From positions 1 to 37,983 of the forward strand of contig CBDBZY010000048.1 of assembly GCA_965213685.1 (NCBI GenBank): a stretch of DNA of 37,983 bases, read 5' to 3'. Positions 1-14,084 of the stretch are shown in pieces. How positions within the stretch are numbered: position 1 is the stretch's first letter; each line of letters opens with the position of its first letter. The translations under genes and the position numbers were made by a program. Origin of the DNA: a bacterium (lineage in GTDB: Bacteria > UBA8248). Below the pieces are notes generated by a model, which was not told where the DNA came from, made no database searches, and saw only the letters and a list, made by a program, of their open reading frames with translations.

Positions 1-889
1 ACAAGGCGGCGAACAACATCGTTCCGCAGAGCGGGGGGCTTCGAGCCGGAGGAGATTTTTCGGCTCATCGAGGCCTACCCGAGCGTCAGCATGTTCGCGG
101 CGCCCACCATGGTGACGCGCCTGATGCGCAGCGAGGCGATGCGGGACGCCGACCTCGGGCATCTGAAGACCATCGCCTACGGCGGCGGCCCGATGTACGT
201 GGAGGACCTCAAGGACGCCATGGCGCGTCTGGGAGGGCAGGCTGGTGCAGGTATACGGCCAGGGGGAGAGCCCCATGACGATCACTGTGCTCTCGCGGGA
301 GCGGCACGCCGACGCCGGCCACCCGCGCCATGAGGAGCGGCTCGCCTCCGTCGGCGTCGCCCACTCCGTGGTGGAGGTGCGGGTGGCGGACGCCGAGGAC
401 AATCCCCTGCCGCCGGGCGAGGCGGGCGAGGTGCTGGTGCGCGGCGACGTCGTCATGAAAGGCTACTGGAACAACCCGGAGGCCACCGCGGCCGCCCTGC
501 GGGGAGGCTGGCTCCACACGGGCGACGTGGGGGTGCTGGATGCGGACGGTTTCCTCACCCTCAAGGATCGCTCGAAGGACCTCATCATCAGCGGCGGGAG
601 CAACGTCTACCCCCGCGAGGTGGAGGAGGTGCTTCTGCGCCACGAGGGCGTGCTGGAGGTCTCCGTCATCGGGCGGCCGCACCCCGATTGGGGGGAGGAG
701 GTTGTGGCGTTCGTGGCGCCCAGGGCCGGCCAAAGCGTGCGCGAGGAAGAACTCGACGGGTTGTGCCTGCGGCACATGGCGCGCTTCAAGCGCCCCCGGG
801 CGTACCGCTTCATCGAGCGCCTGCCCAAGAACCATTACGGCAAGGTGCTGAAGACGGCGCTCCGCCGGATGCTGGAGCGCGGGCCGTGA
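1..889 (+). CDS. AMP-binding acyl-CoA synthetase / long-chain fatty-acid-CoA ligase family, 5'-partial, with apparent 1-nt frameshifts
   Basis: ANL-family motifs YGQGES, GEVLVRGDVVMKGYW, GWLHTGD, DRSKDLIISGGSNVYPREVE and LPKNHYGKVLK. ORFs 91-333 and 245-889 join if one G is removed near 234-236 (giving LGGRLVQVYGQ). Confidence 0.9.
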
Positions 890-957
890 AGCGGGCGCGG
901 CGGCGCGAGTGCGCGTTCGGTTTTTCTTGCCGCTCTGGACGATGAAAGGCTTTGCGC

Positions 958-1380
958 ATGGATGATCTACGGAAAAAAGTCGAACACCTGAAGCTGGCAC
1001 AAGGCGTCGTTACCCGCATGGCGGGCAACAGCCTGCAGATGAAGACGTGGTCCGTCTCGCTCGTTACCGCAGCGTTCGCCTTCTCTGGGCTATCGGACGA
1101 TCCGCACTGGCTGGTTGCGGTGGGCGGCTGCATCCCGATCGCCGCCTTCTGGACGATGGACGCCAGGTATCTCCATCTCGAGAGGTGCTACATCAGGCTG
1201 TACGATGAAATCGTGGCCGGCGCGCCGGTTGCCCCCTTCGCTCTCAACTACCGCGCTTATGTGGGAGAAGTCGATTCCGTCTGGAGGATTGCGCTGTCCT
1301 GGTCTGTCTGCCTGTATTATGGCGCTCTCCTCGCGCTCATGCTCTTCCTGTTCATCATCCTCCGAACGACAGGAACCTGA
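958..1380 (+). CDS. Small multi-pass membrane protein of a defence-island family (putative membrane effector)
   Basis: ATG at 958 preceded by GAAAGG. Pattern HLKLAQGVVTRMAGNS...KTWS...FWTMDARYLHLERCYIRLYD plus about three hydrophobic segments. Resembles a family I recall next to TIR-domain genes (not verified). Confidence 0.65.
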   Translation: MDDLRKKVEHLKLAQGVVTRMAGNSLQMKTWSVSLVTAAFAFSGLSDDPHWLVAVGGCIPIAAFWTMDARYLHLERCYIRLYDEIVAGAPVAPFALNYRAYVGEVDSVWRIALSWSVCLYYGALLALMLFLFIILRTTGT

Positions 1381-1457
1381 CCATCCGTTTAAATCCAGCG
1401 GCTTGTGTGGACCGTCCCTCTCCCCATGCCGCCAAGAAGCCCCGCCCCCGAACGGCG

Positions 1458-2322
1458 TCATGCCCCGTCGGCCCGCTGCCGGTGCTTCTGCGTCAGATAA
1501 GCTGCGAAGGACGCACAGGCCCCCGAACATGAACACGGCCTCGTCCAAACTGACAGGGGCGGCGTCCTTGTCGAGCAGGGCATGGCGGATGCCCTCTTCG
1601 TCGTTGGTGTAGCCGTAGAGCTTTTCGAACGCCTGCCTGAGCGCCGGATGCTTCAGCAAACCAGCCTTTTCAAGGGAACGGAGCGCCGGGCCCAAGGTAG
1701 CGCTGGACCTGGGATCGATTGTTCGCGCCACGGATTCGACCGCAAGAATGCTGTCGACGATCGCATCGGGATACTGGCCCGCTTTGATATGCTCTGCCGC
1801 CTGACGTAAATGTCCTGCCGCTCCGTCCATGTCGCCTTCACGGATTGTTTCGATAGCCTTTTGGGTCGCCGCACCCTGTTCTTTGCTTGCGAATAGAATG
1901 AATTGGTAGGGCCTGCCCGAAGTGTCCAGCCGATAAGCTGCTCCATGCCCTTCAAACAACTTTCCAATTTCCAATGCAGCGTGGTCAATAATAACCTCTT
2001 CTGCAATGATAATTTCGACGAAATCTATAACCTTGTTAAAGTCTGCATTCATAACGAGATATTCTATATCGCGTATAGCCGCACGGTAGGAAGCGTCAAC
2101 TTGGCTTTTGGGCTTCTCGTAGTAGTTCCCCCATGCGGATTGGATTTTTTCTGTTATTGGATAATCTTGCCTAATCAACCTTTGCATAGCATCATAAATG
2201 CTATCGCAAATGGCGCGTCTCAAATCATGCGAAATTTCTCCAGGCCGCATCGGCTCCGGTAGCGGTTCGTACCCGTAGCGTTGCGAGAACGTGCGGCGAG
2301 GAGAGTCCTGGTAATCCGGCAT
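1458..2322 (-). CDS. AbiJ-related abortive-infection protein (AbiJ-NTD4-like N-terminus, HEPN-like C-terminus)
   Basis: N-terminal FSQRYGY motif and C-terminal AVESVAR...LGPAL...HPAL..AFEKLYGYTNDEEGIRHA. Removing one C from the C5 run at 1520-1524 gives the family-like end MFGACASFAAYL...ADGA* with stop at 1458-1460. The N-terminal half is visibly AT-richer than its neighbours. Confidence 0.7.
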
Positions 2323-2329
2323 CGCTGTC

Positions 2330-5722
<3,393 letters not shown>

Positions 5723-5857
5723 CGCACCCGTTTCCCCGCGCGCCTCCGCGATTGCGCGGGCGTCCGCGCCGCCGTCATGGACGCCATCCCGCACCACAAG
5801 CCCCGATTGCCCGTTCTTGTTTTCAGGGCTACGCCCAAGGCCGGGCACCATCCAGCC

Positions 5858-7207
5858 TCATCGCGTCCCGGCGCACGGTTTGGGCGAAGGTTCGACGTCG
5901 CTCATTCCGCCGGGGCCGAGAATCATCTTGTTCCAATCCGGTTTTTTCCGTTTCATCCAACCGCTTCAATATACCCTCGCGGCAGATGTTCTGTGCCGGA
6001 GGCGATCAGAGCCGGGTCCTTCTCCGCAGGTTCGAGCTTATCGGCGTGCACGGCGCTCGAGGCGGCGCTGTAGGCCTTGCGCAGCGTTTCTTGAATTTCA
6101 CGCCGCCGCTCGGAATCTTCCCCCAGATGCCCCGCCCCGTAGGTCGCGATGCGAAACCCTTTCTTGTTTTTGTTGCCGATTTCGTTAGAGCGCCTCCAGT
6201 GCGATCCGGATGTCGATGAGCTGGTCCTCGGCCATCCCCTCCCGCTTCGACTTGGACCCAACGGCTTATCGCCAGTTCCATGTTCTCCCTGGGCTTCCCG
6301 CCCCCATATCGCGCGCGATGGATATTCAGCGCCTCCTCCAGAGCCGCCTGCGAAACCTTACGGTCTTCGTTCTGCGGCGTCCGGACCGAACATTGTAGCG
6401 TCCACCCGATAGCGTGTCGCTGAACGCCTCCAGCGCCCCGAAGTCCCTCCACTCCAGGAACCAGTCGACACAGCCGTTGGAGGCCAGCGAAACCGACTCG
6501 CAAAAGTTGCCTAGCGACAGGTTCGGGCCCAGCCCCGGTGCCGGTTTGTACTCCCCTGCGCACAAACCAGGGATCGTGGGCTTTGTCCTCGTCGGGATGG
6601 TACAGCGCCGGAGACATTTCGCAGTCGATGGACATGACAACACCGCCCAGGAGGTCGTCCTCCGTTACCATACCCACAGAAGGGCAGGGACGCCGGGAGA
6701 TCCGCCGATGATTTCGGCAGCCTGTAGACCCGAATCCCTTCCGGCAGCCGCAACTCTTCGTCGACGTCCGCCCCCTCGAGCAAGGCGCCAGAACTGGAGG
6801 CGGAACGGCTCTCCGCTCGCCCATCCGAGTAGCATTTCGACCACTTGCGGCGCACTGGACCTGACGGCAGCCGCAATCAACGTCCTGGCGAACTCGGCAA
6901 CCGTCGGGTACGCCCAGCTTCCCGAACCACCGAGCAACAGAGGACCAATCCGTTGCCGATGCGACCCGTTCCTGCGTCCATGAACTCGGCGAGAGCCGGC
7001 CGCAAGCCTCGCGGCGAGATCCGCAACCGGAGCTTCGTCGATTTCCAGCTTCGAGGCGGGCCAAAACATCCAACTGTAATCGTTCCATCTCCTCTGCTGT
7101 GCGAGGCGCCTGTAGTCCTCCCATCCGATTCTTTCCGCTCGGTAAGAAACGAACGCGGAGTGCCTGACGCATCTCTCCAGGCAGTCGATCAGTTCCTGTT
7201 CATGCAT
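5858..7207 (-). CDS. ApeA-like HEPN-domain protein, multiply frameshifted as sequenced
   Basis: ATG at 7207 with an AAGGAG RBS. Frame-joined C-terminus reads AISRWVKSK...DQLIDIRIALEALY...KGFRIATYGAGHLG..SERRREIQETLRKAYSAASSAVHA...AQNICREGILKRL...PDWNKMILG. The end coordinate is reconstructed. Confidence 0.6.
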
Positions 7208-7318
7208 TTTATTGTTTCTCCTTGGTCGTTCTGCGTCATGCGGGGAATGCGCGAGAGTACATGACATCATACGCTGACTTGTTCCGGGCGTTCATCCGTT
7301 GCGTTGCCGGAAAAGGCG

Positions 7319-7346
7319 TTGACATGACGGCGCATTCCCGTATCAT
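7319..7346 (+). promoter_or_regulatory. Sigma70-type promoter of the cas operon
   Basis: TTGACA (7319-7324), 16 nt spacer, TATCAT (7341-7346), about 150 nt upstream of csb1. Confidence 0.7.
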
Positions 7347-7493
7347 TTCACGCGAGTTCCCACCCCGGAGGCAAGTTCTGTGATTCGTGTCCCAGCACAG
7401 CAGGTGTTCGGCCGTGCGCGGCCCCGGAGTCCACAGACCCGACGACAATCACATGGAACAGGGCGAACCGACGATCAAGCCGAGGAGCGAGAC

Positions 7494-8746
7494 GTGACGA
7501 TTGACTTTCAAGACCTGAGCGACGCCATCAGCAAGGGCGCCGCGTTCCGCCCGCATCTCCCGCCTTCAGCCGATCGGGGGCAAGGGCGACAAGCTTTTTC
7601 CGCCGACCTATCCGCGTGCGCCTGGGCGCCCCAACACCGATCCCCCGCGCCATGTGTTCGAGCGCCGGCGCATCGACGGTGCGGAAGTCTGGTGCGTCCT
7701 CATCGACAGCGTCCAGAGCCAGGCCAACCGGCTGGAGGAGGCGCTCCTAGCGGCGGCCGATGGAGACGGCGGCGGCGAGAAGATGCCGATTCCCTGCGTC
7801 ACGGTGGATTTCCGGGGCGCGGGACTGGAGCCGGTGGAGCGCATCACCTCGCTCGATGCGCCCCACCGGGTCTACGACGCCATCCTGCGGGATAGCCTGC
7901 TGAAGGGGCGTTCCGTTCATGAAGAGCGACGAAGGCAGGCGACTGGCGGCCGCGAAGCCGGCCGACGCGACCGCGCTGCTGGAGATATCGCCCACGGCGC
8001 TGGTTTTCGGCGCCTGGCACAGCCAGGGAGAGGGCGGCGGCCTCGGGGCGAAATTTCCGCGGACGATCGTGTCCGAAATCGTGGCCGTTGACACGCCGGT
8101 CGAGGAGCTCGTCGTCGATCAGCGAACCGGCGAAGTGGGCGCTCGAACCGCTGGCCGGCGCACCGGAAGCCGGATCGATCCGCTCGGCATTCTCCGAAAG
8201 GTAGAGGTGTTCGAGGGTGCCTCCGGCTGGAGCACCGACAAGCAGTCCGCGGGCAAGGGAGCGAAGAAGGTCCGCCCCTCGGAGATCAATCACAGCAACA
8301 TCAAGCCCTCTGTCGATCCGCTCGGCGTGACCTGCGACCATGCGGAGCACAGAGCCACGATTACGCTGGCGGGGATCAGGCGCCTGCGATTCGGCGGCGG
8401 GGCGCGCGATGTGGCGGGGCGCGCGCTTGTCGCGTCGCTCGGCCTCTTGGCGATCGCCGAGCAGGACGTGCGCGGATACGCGTTGCGGTCGCGCTGCGAT
8501 CTCGTTTGCGAGGATGGCGCCGCGCCCCTCGAGCTCGTGCATTGGGACGGCTCGTCAACCGCTGTGGCGTTCGATCGCGCCTCGGCGCAGGCCCTCTATC
8601 GGGAAGCCTATCGGCAGGCCGAAGACGCAGGCTTCGCCTTTCGCTCCCTCACGCTCACGCCGCAGGAGAAACTGGTCGAGATCGTGCGCAAAAGCCGCGA
8701 GCTCGCCTTGGAGGGAGAAGGCGGAGACGACGAGAGCGGCCGATGA
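7494..8746 (+). CDS. csb1: Type I-G (I-U) Cas7/Csb1 backbone protein
   Basis: GTG start after GAGGAG. Motifs LQPIGGKGDKLFPPTY, VLIDSVQSQANRLEEALL, ITSLDAPHRVYDAILRDS, SPTALVFGAWHS, SRIDPL and LRSRCDL. Frameshifts near 7550 and 7908. Confidence 0.9.
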
Positions 8747-10187
8747 GCCTCGTGCTCGAGATCGAGTTTCTGACCGGCGTGTGCCGCGCCGCGCGCGGCC
8801 CGGGCGAGGATTTGCCCGACTGGCCGCCCCAACCCGACCGCGTGTTCTCCGCGCTGGCGTCGGCCTGGGGAGTTCGGGGGCGAGACCCTTGTTGAGCGCG
8901 CGGCGCTGGAATGGCTCGAAGGACAACCGCCTCCCGTCATCCGGGCCAGCGCATACAGCGCCAGAACCGCACCCGACGTGTTCGTCCCGCCGAATGACCT
9001 GAAGTCGTCAACGGCGAGGGAAAACCTATCTCAAGGTGCTGCCGGAACACCGCCCGCGCCAGCCGCGCCGCTTTCCGGTAGCCAGGCCCGACGATCCCCA
9101 GGTGGAGCTGGCCTGGTCGGAAGCGCCGGACGCCGCGACCGTCGACGCCTTGAATGCGCTCGCCAGTTGCGTCGGATATGTCGGTCATTCCGCCAGCCTG
9201 ACGCGGTGCCGGTTCCTCGCTGGCGACGCTGGGAACTCGCAACGGAAACCGATGCCGGCGCGCCGCCGGGTCTATCCCGGACGGCTGCGTGAACTGGAGG
9301 AAGCGCACCGCGCCAAACCCGACCGCCCCGTGATCCGGCCGGGCGATCCCGTTTTCCCGGAACCTGCGCAGTCCCCCGAGATTTCGGTCGAATGGCTGAT
9401 CCTGGAGGCTGTGGGCGGCGAGGTGCCGGATACTCGCGCCTCGGCCCTCGTCGGCCGCCTCTTGCGGCAGGCGTTGATGGCCGGGTACCGGAGGGCGGGC
9501 CTGGGTGCCGAAATCCCCGAGATCGTGTCGGGACATGCGCTCGGCGGAACGCCCACGCGGTATCCGCACCTGTCCATAGTGCCCATGACTTTCGTGGGAT
9601 CCCCGCATGCCGACGGCCGCGTCTTCGGCTTCGCCCTGATTCCCCCGCCTGGCGAGACCCTGCTTGGAATCGACGGGTTTCGCGACGCATTCGAAGCGGT
9701 GGCGCCCTATCGCGCGGATGCGCAACGGCGCGTGATGACCTTGCAGGGACCGCCCCTTCGCACGCCGTTGCATCTCGCGCCCGCACCGGACGATGGAGAT
9801 ATGAAACGGTCGCTCCGCAGCGGGCCTTACCTCGGGGAATCGGCGCGGTGGGCCAGCGTCACGCCCATTGTGCTGGACCGGCACCTGAAGCGGAATGACG
9901 ACGCCGAAGTGCGGGGGCTTGTCGCGCGCGCCTGCGCGCATGCGGGACTGCCTCGTCCCGACCCCGCTCGGATTCGGGTCGGCAAGCACGCAGCCGTCCA
10001 GGGTGCGGTCCCCGCTCGGCCGTTGGCGGGCGAGCCGCCCTGGACCCGCTGGAAACTTCCCCAATCGCTGGAAAGCCGGCAGCTGGTCCACGCCGTCATC
10101 GACTTCGACCGCAGCGTGAGCGGCCCCGTCATTCTCGGTGCGGGCAGGTTCACGGGCCTCGGCCTTTGCCGCCGCGTGGGATATTGA
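8743..10187 (+). CDS. csb2: Type I-G Csb2 (Cas5-Cas6 fusion)
   Basis: ATGA overlap with csb1. N-terminal DWPPQPDRVFSALASA, GYVGHSAS, WASVTPIVL and the Gly-rich Cas6 end GPVILGAGRFTGLGLC. Frameshifts near 8890 and 9025. Confidence 0.9.
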
Positions 10188-13109
10188 GCGTGGAGCTTCG
10201 CCCCGCCGACTTCGCCGCGTTCTTCCGAACCGTCCACGATTGCGACCCTTTCCCCTGGCAGCAGGCCTTGGTCGATCAACTCGCGGACGCCGACGCATGG
10301 CCGGACGTGTTGGATCTGCCGACCGGTTCGGGGAAGACAGCGGCCCTGGACGCAGCGGTGTTCCATCTGGCGTTGCGCGCGGACGCGCCCGCCAAGGCGG
10401 CGTTGCGGATCGCTCTCGTCGTGGACCGGCGGCTTGTCGTGGACGATGCGTTTGCGCGTGCGCAGAAGATTGCTGACGCGCTTCTCCACGGATTGGACGG
10501 AACAACCGGGGGATGCGCGGTCGTCGCGGAAGTGGCCCCGACGCCTGCGGTGCTTGGCGGGCGAGGACGGCCCGCCCCTGGTCGCCCGACGGCTTCGGGG
10601 CGGTGCGCCGTTGGAGCACGATTGGGCGCGCACGCCAACGCAGCCGACCGTTCTGTGCTCCACCGTCGACCAGGTGGGTTCGCGGCTGTTGTTCCGGGGA
10701 TACGGCGTGTCCGACCGCATGAAGCCCGTCCACGCGGGGCTGCTCGGCACCGGCAGCCTGATCCTGCTGGACGAGGCGCATCTCGCCGAGCCGTTTCGGC
10801 AAACGCTCGCCGCCGTGTGCGCACTCGGCCGGGCCAACGTCAAAGTGGCGCTCTTGTCCGCCACGCCAGGGAAGACCGCCGGCGTTCCCTTTGCGCTTTC
10901 CCCTGAAGACCGAACCCACCCCGAACTGAGAAAGCGGATCGAGGCGCGCAAGCCTGTTGTGCTCAAGAAACCGCCCGTTCGCGGCGGCGCGAAGTCCACT
11001 GCCGAAGCGTTTGCGAAAGAGGCTCGCGCCATGGCCGACCGGTTGCGAGAGCGCGGGATTTCACCCGCCGCCGTGGGCGTCGTCGTCAACCGCGTGGCGC
11101 TGGCGCGGGACATATTCCATGCCCTGGACGGCGATGACGCGACCGACGCGGTGCTGGTGATCGGACGGTCGCGCGGCGTCGACCGGGATGCCATCGTCAA
11201 ATCACTACTCGCTCCGTTCCGGACCGGAGAACGCAATCGCGCAGACGCCCGGCCGCTATTCGTCGTCGCCACCCAGTGCTTGGAAGTCGGCGTCGACCTG
11301 GATATCGACGGCCTCGTGGCCCAGGCCGCCTCCCTCGACGCCCTCCGCCAGCGGTTTGGGCGACTGAACCGCGCCGGAAGGCCTATCGATGCGGAAGGCG
11401 CCGTCATCACCCTCGCCGAGGACGTCGCCAAGAAGGCCGACGATCCTGTCTATGGCGACCGCATCCGCCGCACCTGGGACGCTCTCAACGAGATCGCGGA
11501 AGACGGCGCAGTGGATTTCGGGGTGGAGGCCTTGCCCCAACTGTTGAAACAGGCCGACATCGCTCCGGACGACCTTTCATCGGAGCGCCCGGACGCGCCG
11601 GTTCTCATGCCCGCCTATCTTGACCTGTGGTCGCAGACGTCGCCGCGGCCTGCCGCCGACCCGGAAGTGAGCCTGTTTCTTCATGGCCCGGAGCGCACGA
11701 CGTCCGGCGTATCCGTCGTCTGGCGCGGCGACATCTCCGAAGCGGATATTAATGACAAGGCCCGGGTCGATGGCGTCAAGGAGGCGATTCGGCTGGTTCC
11801 CCCGCGCCCCGCCGAGACCGTCGAGCTCCCGCTTTGGGCCGCGCGCGCGTGGCTGCGCCGCCCGGACGGCACAGCCGCCGACGTATCGGATGCGCCCGAA
11901 CGCGAAACGGAAACGGATGCGGGGCGAAGTCCAGAGAGAGCCGGCTCAAGGCCAGCCCTCAGATGGGCGGGCCACGACGATCCCGACACGGGCATCGTGA
12001 GCGCAAACGATTTGCGGACCGGCGATCTGCTGGTCGTCCCGGCTGACTACGGCGGTTGCGACGGTTTCGGCTGGGCGCCGGATTCCGGCTCCCGCGTTGT
12101 CGACGTCGCCGACGAGGCGGCGCAGCCGTATTGGGGACGGTGGTGCGCCGTCCGCATCGCCGGGGATATCGTGCGCCCGCAGGAATGGTCCCGGATAGCG
12201 GACGCGCTCGCCTCCGAGGATGTCGGGAGTGCCGATCTGGTGGACCGCCTGCTCGAGGCGTTGCCGGCCGAGGGGGCGGAAGACGACGCGCAAGCCGATC
12301 CCCTGCTCCGCGATGTACGGAACCCGTTGGGTGCGCTTCGCCATGCCAGGGGGCGCATCGATGTGCACCTTCCCTATGCCGGCGGGGCAGGCGGAGGCGC
12401 CATCCTCGTCGCCGAATGCGGGGTATCTGAGCGGCCCGACCCGTCCGCGGCCGTCGCCGCGACAGAGGACGACGCGGCATCGCACACCTCCAGCCGGCCC
12501 GTGCGTCTCGACGACCATGTGCGCCGCGTCGCCCGGTTCGCGTCGGGGTTCGCCGAAACCCTCGGTCTCGACGACGTCGCGGATGACCTTCGCCTGGCCG
12601 CCGGCCTGCACGACGCCGGCAAAGCCGACCGGCGGTTCCAGACCATGCTTGCGGGCGGCGATCCCTGGAACCGGCCCGACGGCCCGACGCTGGCCAAGAG
12701 CGGCCGCTCATGGTCGGGCAACGCCTGGACGCGCGCCGGACTGCCCAGAGGATGGCGGCATGAGGCGTTGTCGGTGCGAATGGCGCGGACGCATCCCGAT
12801 CTGGCCGCAGCGCGCGACCCCGCCCTCGTCCTCTGGCTCATCGGGAGCCACCACGGTCGGGGCCGGCCTTTCTTCGGTTTCCTCGACCCCGCTCCCGAAC
12901 GGCCGCTGCCGTGCCTGGATGTCCCTGACTGGCGATTGCCGGAGGACGAATCGGGGCCGCAATCGCTCGCGTTCGACTTTGGCGGAGCCGACTGGCCCTC
13001 CCTGTTCGCGGACCTGAAGCGGCGCTACGGCATCTGGGGCCTGGCCCACCTGGAAGCGATTCTGCGCCTCGCCGACCATCGTGCCTCGGAGGAGGAGCGA
13101 ACTTCATGA
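10184..13109 (+). CDS. cas3: Type I-G Cas3 helicase-nuclease with C-terminal HD domain
   Basis: PFPWQ, LPTGSGKT (Walker A), VVDRR, STVDQVGSRLLFRGYG, DEAH, ATQCLEVGVD and QRFGRLNR. C-terminal LDDH...LHDAGKAD...RHE...HHG...LRLADHRAS. Frameshift near 10535-10540. Start is TTG 10184 or GTG 10190. Confidence 0.92.
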
Positions 13110-14084
13110 CCGCCTTCGCGACCCACCGTCTCGACGGGTTGGAGCCAGACAACCTACTCGCCTTCATGGCGTTTGCTCGGACTGCTGCGCACCCTTGAGG
13201 AGGCGCGACCCGATTGGCGTGCCCGCGTCTTTTGGACCGTCGGCGACCCTCCCCTGCGCCCGGCCTTGCGGACCCCGGAAGGCGTGAACGAGGACGCTTT
13301 GACAGAAGCAGCCGCCGAGGGGCTCAACGTCTTGACCCAACGCCACAAGTTCGACGGCCGCAGGAACCTGCAGCTCTCTCCAGAGGACGCGGCCGGAAGC
13401 CTGCGACGAGCCGCCTCGGGCGGGGACCGATACGCCGCCGACCTGTGGGCGGCCCTCGTCAGCGATGCGGCGGTGGCACGCGACGGCAAGAAGGCGGAGC
13501 CGACGCCCCTTTGCCTCATATTCGGCCAGGGGCACCAGCATTTTCTGGGACGCCTCGTTTCGGTTCCGCAAAAGAAAACTCCTCCGGACCGCGGCAAAGG
13601 ACGAAGCAAGAAGATCACGGTCTCCGAGACGGATTGCCTGGGCGAGGCCCTGTTCGCGCCCTGGAGGCGTCCCGATGCGACGGAGTCGTTTCGCTGGGAC
13701 CCCAACGAAGACGTCCGCTACGCGTTGCGCGCCTGGAATCCGACCGACGTCAAGACAAAGGAAACAACGCAACATGGCGCCAACAGGCTGGCCGCGGTCG
13801 GTCTTTCGGTTCTGACCGTTGTGCCAACAGAGCCGCGCGATGGTCAGGTGAGATTGGCCATGCTTGGCGGCCTTCGAGAGAGCGACGGGGGCTTCGTCTT
13901 TCGATGGCCCATCTGGCGGGAGCCGATCAGCCTCGCCTGCATTCGAGCGCTCATGGGGCATCCGGGTCTTGGAAACCGCGAGACGCTCGCCGCCCTCGGC
14001 ATCGTCGAGGTTCGCCAGGCCCGGCGAATTTCGTTCGGCAAATTCATGAACGTCACGAGGGCGGGCGCGGAAACCGCTCCGTGA
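13106..14084 (+). CDS. Short (~325 aa) type I-G large-subunit candidate (Cas8u2/Csb3-like)
   Basis: ATGA overlap with cas3. LDGLEPDNLLAFMA(L)LGLLRTL, FGQGHQHFL, EALFAPW, FRWDP, ANRLAAVGL and FRWPIW. Frameshift at about 13172-13174. Occupies the cas8 slot between cas3 and cas4-1. Confidence 0.7.

Noticed and set aside
1090-1457. Apparent C-terminal extension of the AbiJ-like ORF overlapping the membrane gene
   Set aside because: Produced by one extra base at 1520-1524. The corrected gene stops at 1458.
7404-7438. Possible degenerate repeat (CreTA/CreR-like mini-array) upstream of csb1
   Set aside because: Only about 16 of 35 positions match, mostly GCCCCGG. There is no ATTGAA handle and no second copy.
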